A stretch of DNA of 64,000 bases, taken from assembly GCA_951406725.2 (NCBI GenBank), contig OX597815.1:178188001-178252000 (forward strand), written 5' to 3'. Source of the stretch: Octopus vulgaris. Its lineage: Eukaryota. The notes below the pieces were generated by a model. That model had not been told where the DNA came from, did not search any database, and worked only from the letters and a program-made list of their open reading frames with translations. Shown here in pieces: positions 27,768 through 42,654 of the stretch (position 1 is the first letter of the stretch; each line of letters opens with the position of its first letter). The position numbers were made by a program, and so were the translations under genes.

Positions 27768-27982
27768 TGATTCCGAATTTCGGCACAAGGACAGCCTTTT
27801 CGAGGAAAAGGATAAGTCGCTTACATCAACCTCAGTGCTCAACTGGTACTTATTTAATCGAGCCCGAGAGGATGAAAGGCATAGTCGACCTCAGCGGCAT
27901 TTGAACACAGAACATACAGGCGGACGAGATGCCGCTAAGCATATTGCTTGGTCTGCTGACGATTCTGTCAGCACGCCGCCTT
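27768..27982 (-). mobile_element. SINE family B
   Basis: ggcacaagg...aactggtacttattt...gatgaaaggc..agtcgacctc...gccgccttt. Confidence 0.75.
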
Positions 27983-28206
27983 TTGACCAGAAACTATTAA
28001 GTATCTAAAAACAAAAATATAATTTGATGTACGTGTTACAATATAAATAGTTTTACAAATGGGCACAAATCTTTCTCCTCCTGTCATACTGTCTTATCCT
28101 CAATCCCCATATGGAAAAAGAAAACACTTGCTAATTCATTCGTAGCCAGATATACTCACTTGATTAATACTGTAGCTGTAAATAATCTCCATACACCCAC
28201 TGAATT

Positions 28207-28453
28207 GTGGAGGCGCGTGGCTTAGTGGTTGGGGTTGTCAGCATCATGATCGATTCCTGGACAGGGCGACGCGTTGTGATCTTGAGCAAAACACTTCATT
28301 TCACGTTGCTCAAGTCCACTCAGCTGGCAGAAATGAGTAACGCTGCGATGGACTGAGGTCCTGTCCAACTGGGGAACACATACGCCATAGAAATCGGGAA
28401 ACCGGGCCTATGAGCCTGGCTAGGCTTTAAAAGGGCGCATTTATTATTATTTT
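28207..28453 (+). mobile_element. tRNA-derived SINE family C (V-SINE-like central domain) with 15-bp TSD
   Basis: TSD tacacccactgaatt at 28192-28206 and 28454-28468; head ggcgcgtggcttagtggtt; ctgcgatggactg...cctgtcca motif; (TTA) tail. Confidence 0.85.
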
Positions 28454-28959
28454 TACACCCACTGAATTAAACCTTTACCCTGTAATGTTTTTAGTATTAA
28501 CATAGCACTATGCCCTTACCCCGTCCTCTCATTATAGGAGCGAATGAAATTTTGTAGGATTTGCCCAACGATAAAAGTAACGAGACGATCATATCTCTTC
28601 AGTACACCCACAAATTACGCCTGCTGTAACAAATTAAACTCTGAAATATTTGTAATTCTGTAACAGAAGACTTTATCGCTCCTCAGATTTGCCTACTGTG
28701 CACTATAAAATAGCCACCTACTTCTAAATATTTACAGAAGTGAAGTTATAGGCTAAAAAGATTAGAGACAAGTGCAGAAATGTTTATCGCTGGAGGTGTC
28801 TCTCACTAATTAGACTATTCTATTTTAAGTGCTTCGAAGTAGCTGCAATGAGATATTGAAAAACATACCTATGAGAGTGGACTGTGTTTTACGGTTTTAT
28901 GTCAAAAGTTTTATATTGGTTTTTAAAGTAAATACTATATAAACATATAGATAGACAGA

Positions 28960-29460
<501 letters not shown>

Positions 29461-29940
29461 ATTTAAATTGAAAGCGTAAAGAAACACGAAATTTAATTAT
29501 GAAAAAAATTGAAATATTTAGATTTGTTAAGAGAAAATAAAATGTCAACATTTTCAATTACGAAACATAAGGTTTCAATTATTAGAGATATCTGACCTCT
29601 TATTTGTTGCTGCTAATATTCTGTTTGTCGTATCTTGTCAGTTGATAGTTTTTATTGAGCAACTTGTTATTTAAGAAGTGAATTTTTTTCACAAAATTGT
29701 TAGAAGAGCAGGGACAGCGAACAAAACTTTTGCAGGTCCTCCCAGAATAGTGAGATCAAAATTATTTGATTCCAGACTGTTGGCCGATGAGTACAAAACA
29801 AATGTTTGAGGGTGAGAGATTTCTAAAAGTAACATAACTAGATACGAATTAGGGTGTCTGGTGATGGGACTAGACTATTTCGAATAGACAGCCAATGAAG
29901 CGTTTGAAGCGGCTGGGATGTTATGTAGTAGTAGTAGTAA

Positions 29941-30006
<66 letters not shown>

Positions 30007-30289
30007 CCACTGAGGCATTGCGCCTGCACTAAGATTTATAAACTGTCATAGAAGTGACAAGATTAAAAATATACAACGTCTTGATTTTTTTCTACCTTAT
30101 TGATGCAGCTTCAGTAATCAAATTTTCACTTCTTCAATTTGAGAAAAATTAAATATCTCTTTCTAAAGTTATTTCTCCGGTTATGCTATAGAAATTAGAG
30201 CCTGCATCTACACACCAGCATCCCACCTGGAGTACTACTGGATATACATATAGATTACCCTGGACTCTTCTGCTGATAAATAAGCGTTC

Positions 30290-30515
30290 CAATACACCGC
30301 GACGTTTGAACCTTTTTGAACTTTTTTGAACTTTTTGTTTTTTCTAAGTTTTTTCTTCATATTCCTTTCTGCCGAAGAGCATTGGCTCGAAACGTAAAGG
30401 ACATTTTCACCTTCCCGAGTGTCAAACTAATACACCTGCCTATTGTTTATACACCTAATTTCGTCTTTTGTTTTTCTGTAAACCTCAAATTTCTTCCTCT
30501 CTCTCTCTTTCTCAG
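30290..30515 (+). mobile_element. Variant-hammerhead short repeat (motif 30363-30401)
   Basis: TCCTTT-CTGCCGA-A-GAGC-attg-GCTC-GAAAC-GTA-AAGGA then the family tail ending at (TA)n. Confidence 0.72.
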
Positions 30516-30584
<69 letters not shown>

Positions 30585-30908
30585 GCAAAAGTCTTCCTTC
30601 AGCTTCAGTCTACCAAATTCCAAGGCAACACAGGGAATGCATTATCGGAATGCTCACAAGTCCACAGGCGACATATCCGGAACACTAATGTTCACCAAAT
30701 TCCACTGAGCTAACCTATAGAAACATGTGGTCAGAAAGTGCTTCTAATTTTACCTTTTTACAAACTACAGAACACAACTGAGGCTGGAAGGAAAATAAAA
30801 GAAGAAAACTTTTCATTAAAATGTTGAAACCTCTTCTGAACGGAAATAATGTTTCGTCCTGGTATTATTCATATCGTTTTATAATTACAATGTAACAGCA
30901 ATCGGACG

Positions 30909-31350
30909 ACAAATATTAAATGACTGCAGTATTCGTTAAGGATAAAGTTACGATGTATTGTAATTAAGGGACTATATCATATTTCCCTCTACTTTTTTAC
31001 TGAGGGCTTTATGTTTGTTCCTGGAAAAATCCTTTATAGTGCAAATATGTATACATGCATATGTGTTATCTATCTGTATATGTTATATTGTGTGGCAATT
31101 GTGCAATATGGATTTTCTACAAACAGAGATAAGCAAGCATTTTTGCTTGGAAATGCTTCACAAAATCCGTAATTTTCGATTTCAAGTTTTAGACAAGAAA
31201 AGCAGCGTGCTGATGCTGCCTAACAGCGTAAATTCATTATTCTGCCATCATGCTTTACTTTTTTGTACAAGTAACAAAACTATAGTAACAATAGCAATAA
31301 CAATGATACATATATACATATATATAGAAATATATAATATCTTTATATAT

Positions 31351-31428
<78 letters not shown>

Positions 31429-32709
31429 ACATATATGAATGCATGTATGTATGTATGTATGTATGTATGTATGTATGTATGTATGTATATGCATATCTAT
31501 GTATCTATGTGTATATGTATGTAAATGTATGTGCGCAAATGTATTTGCGCTCTCTAAATTAGCGTTCACTTCTCTGCGATGTCGATCAAAACTCGGTATG
31601 TTGATATTTATTTTATTCACATATACATGTATATATTTATTTTTCATTCAATTTTACTGGCTGGACCTCAAGAGAAAAAAAAAACACAGAGAGCGAACGA
31701 ACGATAAAAGAAATAAAGAAAAAAAGGAAATGACAACAACTACTTGTGGAAAACACTAATTGAAAAGAGCGAACAAACGCAACTTGATTACGACCGCAGC
31801 TAATACAGTAACAAAAGAATATTCCTGCCAAATTTATAGGTTAAGTCAAAACGTAATTGCATTATATTAATAAAAGGACAATATTGCTTAATTCAGGCTC
31901 CGTATTAACGCTGTCCACTCTCTCGTATGTGATCATATCTGTCGAAATAAGTGCGTTTGTTAGTAAATCTCCATGTGTGCGCTCGTGTGTCTGTTTCTAT
32001 GTGGATTTTTTTTGTGTGTGTTGGTGTACTGGATGTTAGATTCGTATGCTTAAAACGAATTGTCTTTCTGTATATGAATATACGTTCGTGTGTTTTATTT
32101 TATGAATGTACATATGTTTTATAAATGTTTTCAAGTGGTGTGTGTGCATGTTTGTATTTGTTTTTTGTATTTGTTTTCGCTTTATTTTTAAATACTTTTA
32201 AGTGTATGTATGTGAGTGATACGGCATCGCATGAAATTAAAGTAGTTGAAAGGATTTGGTAACTAGTTTCAAAAATAAAGAAATCTATGGTTTCGAGAAA
32301 ACTTCTTAAACAAGATACCAGACCAGTGGGAAATAATTCTGTTTCGTTTGTTTTTCTGTACATGTTTTGTTTAGATTTTTTTTTTCTTTATGTTATTATT
32401 TTTTTTTTTTTTCAGTTTTCTCTTTCGTTAGTTACTTGTAAAGTATTTATCCTTCTGAGTTTGAGGTTTTCGTTTCGCATGTGTTCTAATTATATTTAAA
32501 TGTTATTACTTGACTTTCTTTTTTTTTTTTTGCTATTGTTTTAAAAATCATTTCCTGCTACTTGTTTCTTTGAATTTAGTTGACAAATTAACCACCATTA
32601 ACATTCATTAATTCATAGGGTTTCAGACACCGTTACATAGCATTTTTCTTATCGGTATACCTCACGAAGAAGCCAAATTTGGTCAGAGTTATATGTAACA
32701 TTCATACTG

Positions 32710-32760
<51 letters not shown>

Positions 32761-33018
32761 TCCTTCTTGCAGCAGTAGATCACAACTATACTCAATATTG
32801 AGTTGTCTCTTACTATATATCACACAATTGCCACACAATATAACATATACAGATAGACAACACATATGCATGTATACATATTTGCACAATAAAGGATTTT
32901 TACAGGAACAAACATAAGGTCCTCAGTAAAAAAAGGAGAGGGAAATATGATATAGTCTCTTAATTACAATATATCGTAACTTTATCCTTAACGAATACTG
33001 CAGGCATTTAATATTTGT
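30909..33018. repeat. ~195-bp inverted repeat pair (30909-31103 / 32823-33018) with a ~1.7-kb spacer
   Basis: acaaatattaaatg.ctgcagtattcgttaaggataaagttacgat...tgtggcaattgtg and its reverse complement with scattered mismatches. Confidence 0.88.
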
Positions 33019-34254
33019 GTACTATAATATATCGTGATGGATATCAATATTCAATACTCACGCTAATTCTGCGAGATGCAAACACTTTTGGCGAGCAATT
33101 CTTTTAACCTTTTGTGTTCGCCGACATAGTTCTGAATAACAGTAATACTGTCACATTTTAATTTCATTTATCCCTGGTTCTAACGTATCACTCGTTCGGC
33201 TACAAAATATCGACCGAGCTTTTTCTAAATTCTGATGACTGTATATCTTTACGGTAAGTAAGTCTACCTATACCTAAAAACTCATCTGATCACTGCCTTC
33301 TTGCTTTCAGCTTACCTTCTAGTAAATCGTAGCTAACATGAAGAAAGCAATTAGGTCCAAAATACATGTGACCCCCATTTGGATATGTGTATGTCATGAG
33401 GTATATATTTTTTTTTTTGTCACTACATTTTTAAAACTATCGTTTATTCTTTCATTGAGATCACTCATCTAAAGCGGGATAGCATTTAGATTCTTAAAAC
33501 TTCCTTTTACAAAAAGGAAATTATAAGAGTTTATTTCCATTGCATAATGTTCATATAGGGCAGTGGTTGATTAAATGTGAAGTTTACATGTTCAGTCCAT
33601 AAGTCAACACATCTGGTTCAAGAACACTATGTCTGAACAGGTGAAGAGAGCTAGAATAACTATGCAGAAATCTTGTTTTTGTCGCAATGAATTAATGAAA
33701 TTAATCAACGTGAGGTATTTATTCATAAGGATGTAACTAAATGGTGTAATATGTTTCTGTGAAGGTTAAAGTTTAAATCTAGCAAAACTGAAGTCGACTT
33801 TGTGGTTAAACAGATGGATAGAACGAGTTTTGAAAGCCAGTAGAGAGTATGGTAAAAATGCTTCAGTTTGTAAGACTCATGGCAAAGCTGGTTGTAGTTT
33901 CAGATTTCTGAGCAGAAATACATTTAAGTTGGAAAATTGCAATGGATATCAATTTACGTCATATATTTGTGTGATTGTACATGTGTAAATGTGTAATTGA
34001 TATTGTGTGTGTGTGTGTGTTTTAAATTTGCACTCTACTAAGCAGAGATCTGCGAACCAAGCTGTGGCAACCTCACCAACACTGCTTGTGGTGGCGGGGT
34101 AGGTGTAGTGTGACATTTAGAAATCCGAAGAGACAAGAAAAAAAACTTGTCAGAATGTGAAGCGACAGAGAAAAGAGTGAACGGCCATCAAATAAAGTGT
34201 ACATATGCAGGTGCATAGAACTATCTGCATATCTCTCTGTATTTGGGTGTCAAT

Positions 34255-34560
34255 GCGCCGGGCGTCCATCGATTACGTCGACAAGGATTCCAACAACCTG
34301 CTCGTGATAATAATTTAGAAGTGACTGATCACACCATAGGCACACCTACCATTAACATAGGTCTCAGGGAGCCTCAGTGTGACTCAACGAATGTGACGAG
34401 GCTGGACCCCTTTGAATTACAGGTACTACCCGTTCTTGGCAGCCGAGGGTACTGGAGCAAAGTAAAAATAAAGTGTCTTGTTCAGGGACACAACGAGCTG
34501 CCATGCATCGAACTCACGAATTTAAAATGTAAGTCGAGTGCCCAAGTCACAAAGTCGTTC
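34255..34560 (-). mobile_element. SINE with family-C-like head and a tail homologous to 54495-54681
   Basis: aaagtgtcttgttcagggacacaacg is the reverse complement of the head domain; cctgctcgtga...gtgac.aggc.gg.ccctttgaa.tacagg shared with 54495-54681. Confidence 0.62.
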
Positions 34561-34580
34561 TTCAGTATTTCTCATTTACT

Positions 34581-35011
34581 AAGGCGGCGAGCAGGCAGAA
34601 ACGTTACCACGCCGAGCGAAATGCTTAGTGGTATTTCGTCTGTCTTTACGTCCTGAGTTCAAATTCCGTTGAGGTTGACTTTGCCTTTCATCCTTTCGGG
34701 GTCGATAAATTAAGTACCAGTTATGCACTGGGGTCAATGTAATCGATTTAATCCATTTTGTCCGTCCTTGTTTGTCCCCTCTATGTTTAGCCCCTGTGGG
34801 CAATAAAGAAATAAGAATCGTTAGCACGCCGGGCGAAATGCTTGGCGGCATTTCGTCTGTCTTTATGTCCTGCGTTCAAATTCCACCAAGGTCGACTTTG
34901 CTCGTCATCCTTTCGGGGTCGATAAATTAAGTACCAGTTAAACACTGGGGTCGATTTAATAGACTGATCCCCGCTCCAAAAATTTCGGGCTTTGTGACTA
35001 GAATAGAAAAG
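34581..35011 (+). mobile_element. SINE family B dimer with 17-bp TSD
   Basis: TSD agtatttc(t/a)catttact at 34564-34580 and 35012-35028; two tandem bodies. Confidence 0.85.
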
Positions 35012-35544
35012 AGTATTTCACATTTACTTTAAGTGAATATAGAAAAATTATACGACGAATTATAGAGTATTTCCTATTTCTTAATAATCAGTGGATGAAA
35101 TATTGAATAGATATATTATTTCAAAATATTGTCTAACACGGAAGACTATATAGAAATCATTATTTCTTAGAATTGTTACGAATCGGTAGAAAGAACAAAA
35201 AAAACCAATGGTATGTATAAAAGTAATTTTGAAGTTTAGTAATTTTCTTTTTAAACAAAGAATATGGAGGATGAGATATTTTAAGATTTCTTCTATGTTT
35301 TCTTTGACGAATGGTTGAAAGTGTATTTTGTCTTAGATTGACAATGTAATAGTATTACATTGCCAATCTTGGATAGAATATTACTAGGAAAATTGTAGTT
35401 GATTTTATCTGGCGAAACTCAGGGTCGGTTCTTGTTTTATATAACCACTTTCATTTCACGTATTTCTGTGCACACACACCCCACACACACGCACACACAC
35501 ACACACGCACACACACGCACACACACACGCACGCACACAGACAT

Positions 35545-35617
<73 letters not shown>

Positions 35618-35640
35618 CAGAGAGATAGATATATATATAT

Positions 35641-35701
<61 letters not shown>

Positions 35702-38673
35702 CAGATATATAGATATATACATATAGATATATATCTAACAGTGTTGTTAGCCCCAAATTCTCTGGAAATACCTTACCTTTATACCCTTCAAGGACCTTAG
35801 ATCTTCGTTCTATACTGAATATACACTTAGTATATATATAAAAGAATACAAAAAATGGGAATTGCATCGTTTGGTATGTGGTAGATTAAAAATTTGCCAA
35901 TGAAAAGTGTATTTTCTCAAGCTACAATTTTTTTATTATTATTCTAATTTATTTTAGTTGGACCAAGTTTGCATAAGATATAGCGGTTCTGGGATATTTT
36001 TATTTTTTGCTGCTATCTTAGAAATGTATTTTGGGGAAGAAATAAACGCTTTTTTTGTAGACGCATTTCAGGCGCAATATTTGATGTCAGCCATTTATTC
36101 AAACATTGAATAACAGTTTTCCATATTCTAAAGCTTATATGGTTGAACTTTTTTAATGAAGTCGCAATATTTGTATTGGGATCATTAGGATTAGACATGT
36201 TTATACAGTAAATATTATGTATAATTGCAGATTCCATCTCTTTGTGCGATTACCGATTCACATTAGGCATGTGGTTTCATGTCTTAAATAACCATGACGA
36301 TTTAATTAAATAGCATTAAGTGTCTCAAGAAAGAATAATAAAAATCTAATGCAAGCGTAATTAGAACTATCTATCCTTAGATTTTGCTGTAAAATAAGGT
36401 TATATAATGAAACAGGGACGGTTTTTAAATTTTAATTTCTTGAAAAGTTTTCACAAGGGAATCATCGAAATAAAACAAGCTTTCTTCGCGTCGATTCTCT
36501 GCATGTAACGTGAAGAAAGCAGAGTGCCATATCTGTTTTCAAATAAATGATAAAATGGTTAATCCATCTTTAAAATAGAATAATTTCTATTAAACACAAT
36601 CTATACCAATTTCTTTGTTATTTCCAGTTAGCAGTTTGATTCTCTCTGCTTTTTGGTACCAAACACCCATTGTATTATTCCTCATATTCTTTTGTATATA
36701 ATTCCTTCCTGTTGATAGGGTGTCTTTTGATGTTCCGAAAGTAATTGAACACATTTCATAATACTAAAACAGCAATTGCGAGAAGTATTAGCTCTACTAA
36801 TGTTGTATCAGCAATATATTTTTACAAAATATATGTGACAATCATCTATCACAACAAAGATAGACTTTTTGAGATTGTTAAAGGATTAAACTCTCTAACA
36901 TAGGAAAGAACTGAAATTTAGCTCTTTGCCAACAAATTATGTAAAATTTGATAAGATGTTTTAGGTAGTATATACATCGGTCTCAATGCATTCCATTATT
37001 TTATTCACGGTCTTTTACGTTTTAAGTTCAAATTTCGATGAGAGCCAGTTTGCCCCCCCCCCCCATCCTTTACGAGTCAAAGAAATAAGTACCTCCATTA
37101 AATTAATCCATTATTCTCTCTCGCTACATTTAAGATCAACCTTGTAATCTCCTGCGAAATATTTTTTTTTGCTTTTGTTTGTTTGTATGTTGTTGTTGCT
37201 TTTGTTGTTATTGTTGTTGTTGTTTTAAATCCATACAATTGATAGTTTTGGACTGCATGTTTAAAAACTAAGAAAACACCTGTTCATGCATTTTAGGCGA
37301 AACGTTACTCCGAAGCTTATGGAAACGGTTTGTGTTTTTAAACTGTAAAAGAGTTTACTGTGAATATAATGTACAGCCTGGAAGGAGACAAAGACCATCG
37401 ACTGCGAAGATACGATTCTCATTTGTTTAAAAAAGCATACACAAAGTGCAGGATGTGAATTGCGTAAAGTCATGTCGCTACTGAAAAATATACAATTTCA
37501 GCTCGGAGCTTCTATCTATTTGCTACCCACTCATATAAAGAATGAAAACAATCTGATTCTACTCTGCTTCTATCAGCTATCTTATTCAATGTTCGAATAT
37601 ACGCATATAGCTCATTTATTTTATTTTTAGTTTTGCATCTCGCAATTTCCTTCGCGTATTCTCAAATAAAAACACTTCTGTTATTTTTCTTATTGTGGTA
37701 TTTTACTTTTCAATCCTATATTTATTTACCTATTATTTTCACATCTGTTTTAACACAAATATTGCATGTTGTTATTCCATTGCTTCTGCTTTAACACATT
37801 CTTGTTATTTACAACAAATTTTTATCGGGTTTATTCCAACAAGCTGGGTAATATACTGCAACGCACCTGCGATTACGTAAAAACATATTTGAAAATATAC
37901 CTATACACAGGCATTCATCATGTGTATGCAGATAACGTAGGCGGATTTCATATATATTTATGTATGCATGTATGTATGTGTATGCGTTTGTGTGCGAGTG
38001 TGTGTGCTTGCATTTATGTGTCTATGTGTATTTACATAGAAAACCCGGGATGCAAGCATATAAAATACTGTGTATATTTAATATATATGCTTAATTACGC
38101 ATACTTGTGAAAACATACAAAAAGACGTATTTATTTGTCTATCTATCACTGAGGATACAATTCTATAGATATTTAGTATGTACGTTTTTGAATATTCTCT
38201 GTAATATCTGGTGGAATTTTTTTTGCTATGCTAGTATATATAATTGCGTGTTACTTATACAACGGTATTTCCCTCGGTAAAATTATCTCCACGAAAAAAC
38301 CAGTTATGTATTGTTTATCAAATTCATTCTAGATTTTTACAGTTATCATGCATTTACATAACAATAACTACACATAAGTGACTTGCTTTTCTAATAGTAT
38401 TACTCATATTCCCAGCAGAAAATTGCATGTTCACAGTTGCGCATGGAAAACAAAACTGATCACAGATCACGTGGCCACACAGAAACTTACAACTATATAT
38501 ATATACAAGATTGTCTACATATTGGTGATGCTGTACATAAATGTATAAACATATGCTTGCGTTTGTAAATGAATACTTGCGCTCGCACACAACACACAAA
38601 CGCACACACATATATATATATATAAATATATACGTATATTTATACATAGGAGTGGCTGTGTAGTAAGTAGCTT

Positions 38674-39835
38674 ACATCGCTTACGCATGCGTGACTTTGC
38701 CAGTCACTTACGAGAGTGAACACTGTCAAGACGTGCTTGGAAATCGTCCTGAATTAAAGAACCGTTTGAGGCGCGACTGCAAGGTAGGCATCTGTCTGTT
38801 TAGAGATTCGGTGGGGAATTTTTATTTATTTTATATTGTTTTTTTCTCGAATAAGAAATCCTCACTGTGTCCTGGACATTTGTCTGCTGCGGTCGCGCCG
38901 AGTGACGCACTTAGCTGTGAGAATTGTTGTTTTGGTGAGCGTGTCTCGATACCAAAATTTCGAAAATTTATGAATTTGTGGAGGAATTTTTTTGTGCTGA
39001 GACGGTGAACTGGAGTATCTGTATTCTTGTTGATTACCTGAGTGTCAGAATTGTGTTGCGTGAATTGAACTGTCTTCCTTTGTCCTTTCTCTGATCTGTC
39101 ATTCTGTTCATTTTTGTGTTTTTATTGGACATTTTATTTGGAACATTGTGGATTTTGTGTAGAATATTTTTCTTTATTTTTTCTTTTGCAAACATGGCAA
39201 TAAAAATAAAACACTGTATTGGAGTGGCAAATTGTGACCCCCAAGCTGTGGGAAAAAAATTTAATGAGAGAACGGTGGTGTTGAGGACATATTCTAAGTC
39301 CCTCGACACCATCACCGTGTTCTCTCAGGCAGATATTGAAAAGGAGTTGGCAGAATATCTGCCAACTATTAAGTTTATTGCAAGGGGTGTCAAATATGCA
39401 ACGGTGTAGTTGCTGTTTCACACTCCTGGGAAGGCTCGAGATTTTGCGAGCCAACCCTTGGAAGGGGAGAAAATTCTGTTCCTCTCCCCATATGGTGGGA
39501 GGAAATTGACAAGCGCTTGGGTGTGTGAGCTGTCAACCGGAATAGAGCCCGAAGCAATTTTGACCCTGTGGACCCAAGGAAGTGGAGGACTCCTCAAAGA
39601 AGGGCCACAAAACGAAGAAGGTGAGCAATAATGGGTGCTCACCGAAGGATCCTAGGGATGAGGGAGGGGAGACGAATCTCCCGGTCACGAAGGAGACGCA
39701 CCCTCCCCCAGTTGAGAAGAAAAAATGAGGAAGAGGAAGAAAAACGGGATATTGCCGGGATCTTTGGTATGATGCAGTGCTGTCCAGTTCGAGGATTGGT
39801 TTAGCTGTCAATTCCAAAATTTGGGGCTAAACCCT
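38674..39835 (+). mobile_element. Non-LTR element (L1/Tx1-like ORF1 family), copy 1: 5' UTR plus disrupted ORF1 from 39194
   Basis: MAIKIK...ERTVVLRTYSKSLDTITVF...ATV*LLFHTPGKARDFASQPLEGEKILFLSPYGGRKLT aligns with copy 2 (LLFDSPEEACEFTSQPLEGKDILSLPTYCGKKLT). Confidence 0.68.
38701..38736 (+). promoter_or_regulatory. Candidate Inr + DPE internal Pol II promoter of a non-LTR element
   Basis: CAGTC with A(+1)=38702 and AGACGT at exactly +28..+33 (38729-38734), at the 5' end of the ORF1 element. Confidence 0.55.
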
Positions 39836-39842
39836 CCAAGAT

Positions 39843-41170
39843 CTACCAAATATATATATCACCGCATATCTCTCGCGTCTTCTCTCCGGGGAATAGAGAC
39901 TCAGCTCCTTTAGCCCCCTCCCAGTAGCCCACATTTTGCACCGATTCATTCTTCTTCGTGTATTGGCGTTGGATTGCCTCGAGTTCCACCGTTTGTTTTA
40001 CACTCTCTGGAGACCATCTTTGGGAGCAGGAGTCCAAGCGGCTGATAACGAAAGCTTCCCATAGGGGTAGCAGGGCCTCCCTTTTCCTGATTCTGAATGT
40101 CTTCAGAATCCAGCCGGCCGCTCGCCTGCACAGTGTTGCCATCTTGGTAATATGCACATGGAATGTTGCACCATTGCTCATGTGAACCCCCAGATCACGC
40201 ACTGACTCTGGATCGGGGATTGTATTACATTCTGGTCCAGTGTATTCCGATTTAAGCCTGGTGTTGGACCGATAGTGGAGTGCCTAAAATTTCATAGCAT
40301 TGAACTGCATATTTTTGTTAGCCCATTTGTAGAGTTCATTCAGATCTTTCTGCAGTTTTATGATGTCCTCTGGGTTCCTAACTGCCCACAATACGTTTGT
40401 GTCGTCAGCATAACTGATCAGATTGGCTGACTGTACCGCGGATGGCATGCCTGAGAGGGCTACTTCAAATGGTAGTGGGCCCAGTACAGTGCCCTACGGG
40501 ACTACGCTGAGAATTGGCGTCTCTTCAGAGTGATCACCATAGACTGCAACTGTATAACTCCTGCCCTTCAGAAAATCATGCAGCCACTCTCCCAGTTTCC
40601 CAGTAATACCAAGGTTTCGCAGCTTGTGACGTATCATACCATGATCAACCTTGTCGAAGGCTTTGACAAAGTCGAGATATATCACATCGGCAGCTGACTG
40701 GTTTAGCTGTTGTTTCAGTACTCAGTCAAAGTGCTGCAGCAGCTGTCTGAGCCAGCTCCTCCTTGGACGGAACCCATGTTGTGTGTTTCTGAGGAGGTTG
40801 TTTTCTCGTAGTAACATCATCAGCATTTTTCTGACAATGCGTTCCATTGTCTTGCTAACATATGAGGTCAAAGAGATGGGCCTGTAGTTTTTAGCATCTG
40901 CTCTGCTCCTACCATTATGGACAGGCCATATTATACCCTCTTTAAGCATGTTGGGAAGTTTACCACAATCCAGGAAACTCTGAAAGACTATGGGCAGTGG
41001 CTTTGCAAGAGCCTTTTTACATGTATTTAAGAGAACAGCCGGAAGACTACCTGGGCCCGTTGCTGAGTTTAATCTCATCTCATCAATGGCCGATATTACA
41101 ACCACTCCTGTTATGTCGATGTAATCGATGGTTGCCTCTTTTCCGATTTGTTACATTGAAAAACTCCTTC
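39843..41170 (-). mobile_element. CR1-like LINE reverse transcriptase pseudogene
   Basis: NSATGPG...NYRPISLTS...QHGFRPRRS; IYLDFVKAFDKVDHG; VP*GTVLGPL; YADDT; RDLGV; SRLDSCSQRWSP, with stops and frameshifts. Confidence 0.9.
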
Positions 41171-41796
41171 AGCTTGTTTATTTTTCCTTATTTTCCAGTG
41201 GAGAAACGAAAACACTTCGGAATTATTTATTTAGTGCTTCACTTATCTTCCCCGGATCTGCAGTTAGTGAACCGTTTTCACCAAATAGTGGCCCTATCTT
41301 ATAGCATAGTGAGGCAGCTCACGTGATGTATAGATCAACTGCATGAACGTTTACGTTTTGAAACAATAAGTCATTACATTGCAAGGTGAACTATTGGTTA
41401 TCTCCCCTGTACGTGGAATTCTAGATCTTCCTTCAAATCCTCGACACCCTCCTCTGTGTCCCTGAAACATGCACAATCTCCTCACACTTGATGCACAATC
41501 ACCTCACACAATCTCCTCACATGATCTGATGATCATGACTTTACTTTTCACATGTTTCCTTCTATTGTGATCATCTGTAAGCACACGAATGCAAATTCAG
41601 TGAAAACTCAGGCTATCTCACATCGTTGGTGATATGCTCTCATCGTGTATTTAGGCACATATACACGTGTGTGTGTGTGTGTGTGTGTGTGTAGCTATGA
41701 TTTCTATATAATTTTAAACATGTTTTTCGTATATGTAAGATGTGTGTGTGAATGTATACAAGCGTTTCTGTGTATGTATGCCTGTATATACATTTA

Positions 41797-41859
<63 letters not shown>

Positions 41860-42654
41860 GGGGGGTGTTCCTACATAACAAACAGTGTTTTACGTTGCCA
41901 AAACGGAGTGCCATGGAGTTTCTTTTATTTTACGTTTGCATAATTATGAATGGTTTCTTGTGGTGATGTAACTATTGTTCAATGATATTTGTAACAGCAA
42001 GGGTGGCGGTAGCAAAACGACAACGATAAACCGTAAGTGGAAACATAAGAAGATGAAACAAAAAAAAACAGGGAATAACAGAGGCTGGAACTGCAGCAGA
42101 TTTTACAAGAGGTAAACGTTATGAAATAACAACATCCATACAATAATGTAAAATTGCGAAAGCAATATCAAACTCAACAATGTGTTCCCCCCTCCGGTGG
42201 TTGGAGGGAAAATAACATCAATTTTAAAAACAACAGATTCTGGAGCTGCCAGAGTTGTAACACTCGAATAAGAATAGGAAAAATGAAGAATACAAACCGA
42301 AACAAAGAATACATGAATAAATACCAAAAAACAAGGGGCGGAGGGGTGTATGATGAGGATTTACAAGATATTTACCGTTGTGCATGTTACAATAGTGTAT
42401 ACCTGGTTTCTGTGAGAAATTTTGATTTACAAACAACGGCAGCTCGAAAGAGCCAAAGGAATTACTTAATACAATTGTTAGAAAGATTCATTGAAGCGTA
42501 ACGGGATTCATATCCGAACATATGTTTTGTTAATAACTGTTTCGAAAAAGGCAAGAATTACGTGCAAAAAAAATTCCAAAAATCTAATCGAAACATACTT
42601 TGTCAGATTTCTACTGTCGGCATTGAAATTTGTGTTTCATCTTTAAACTTTCAT

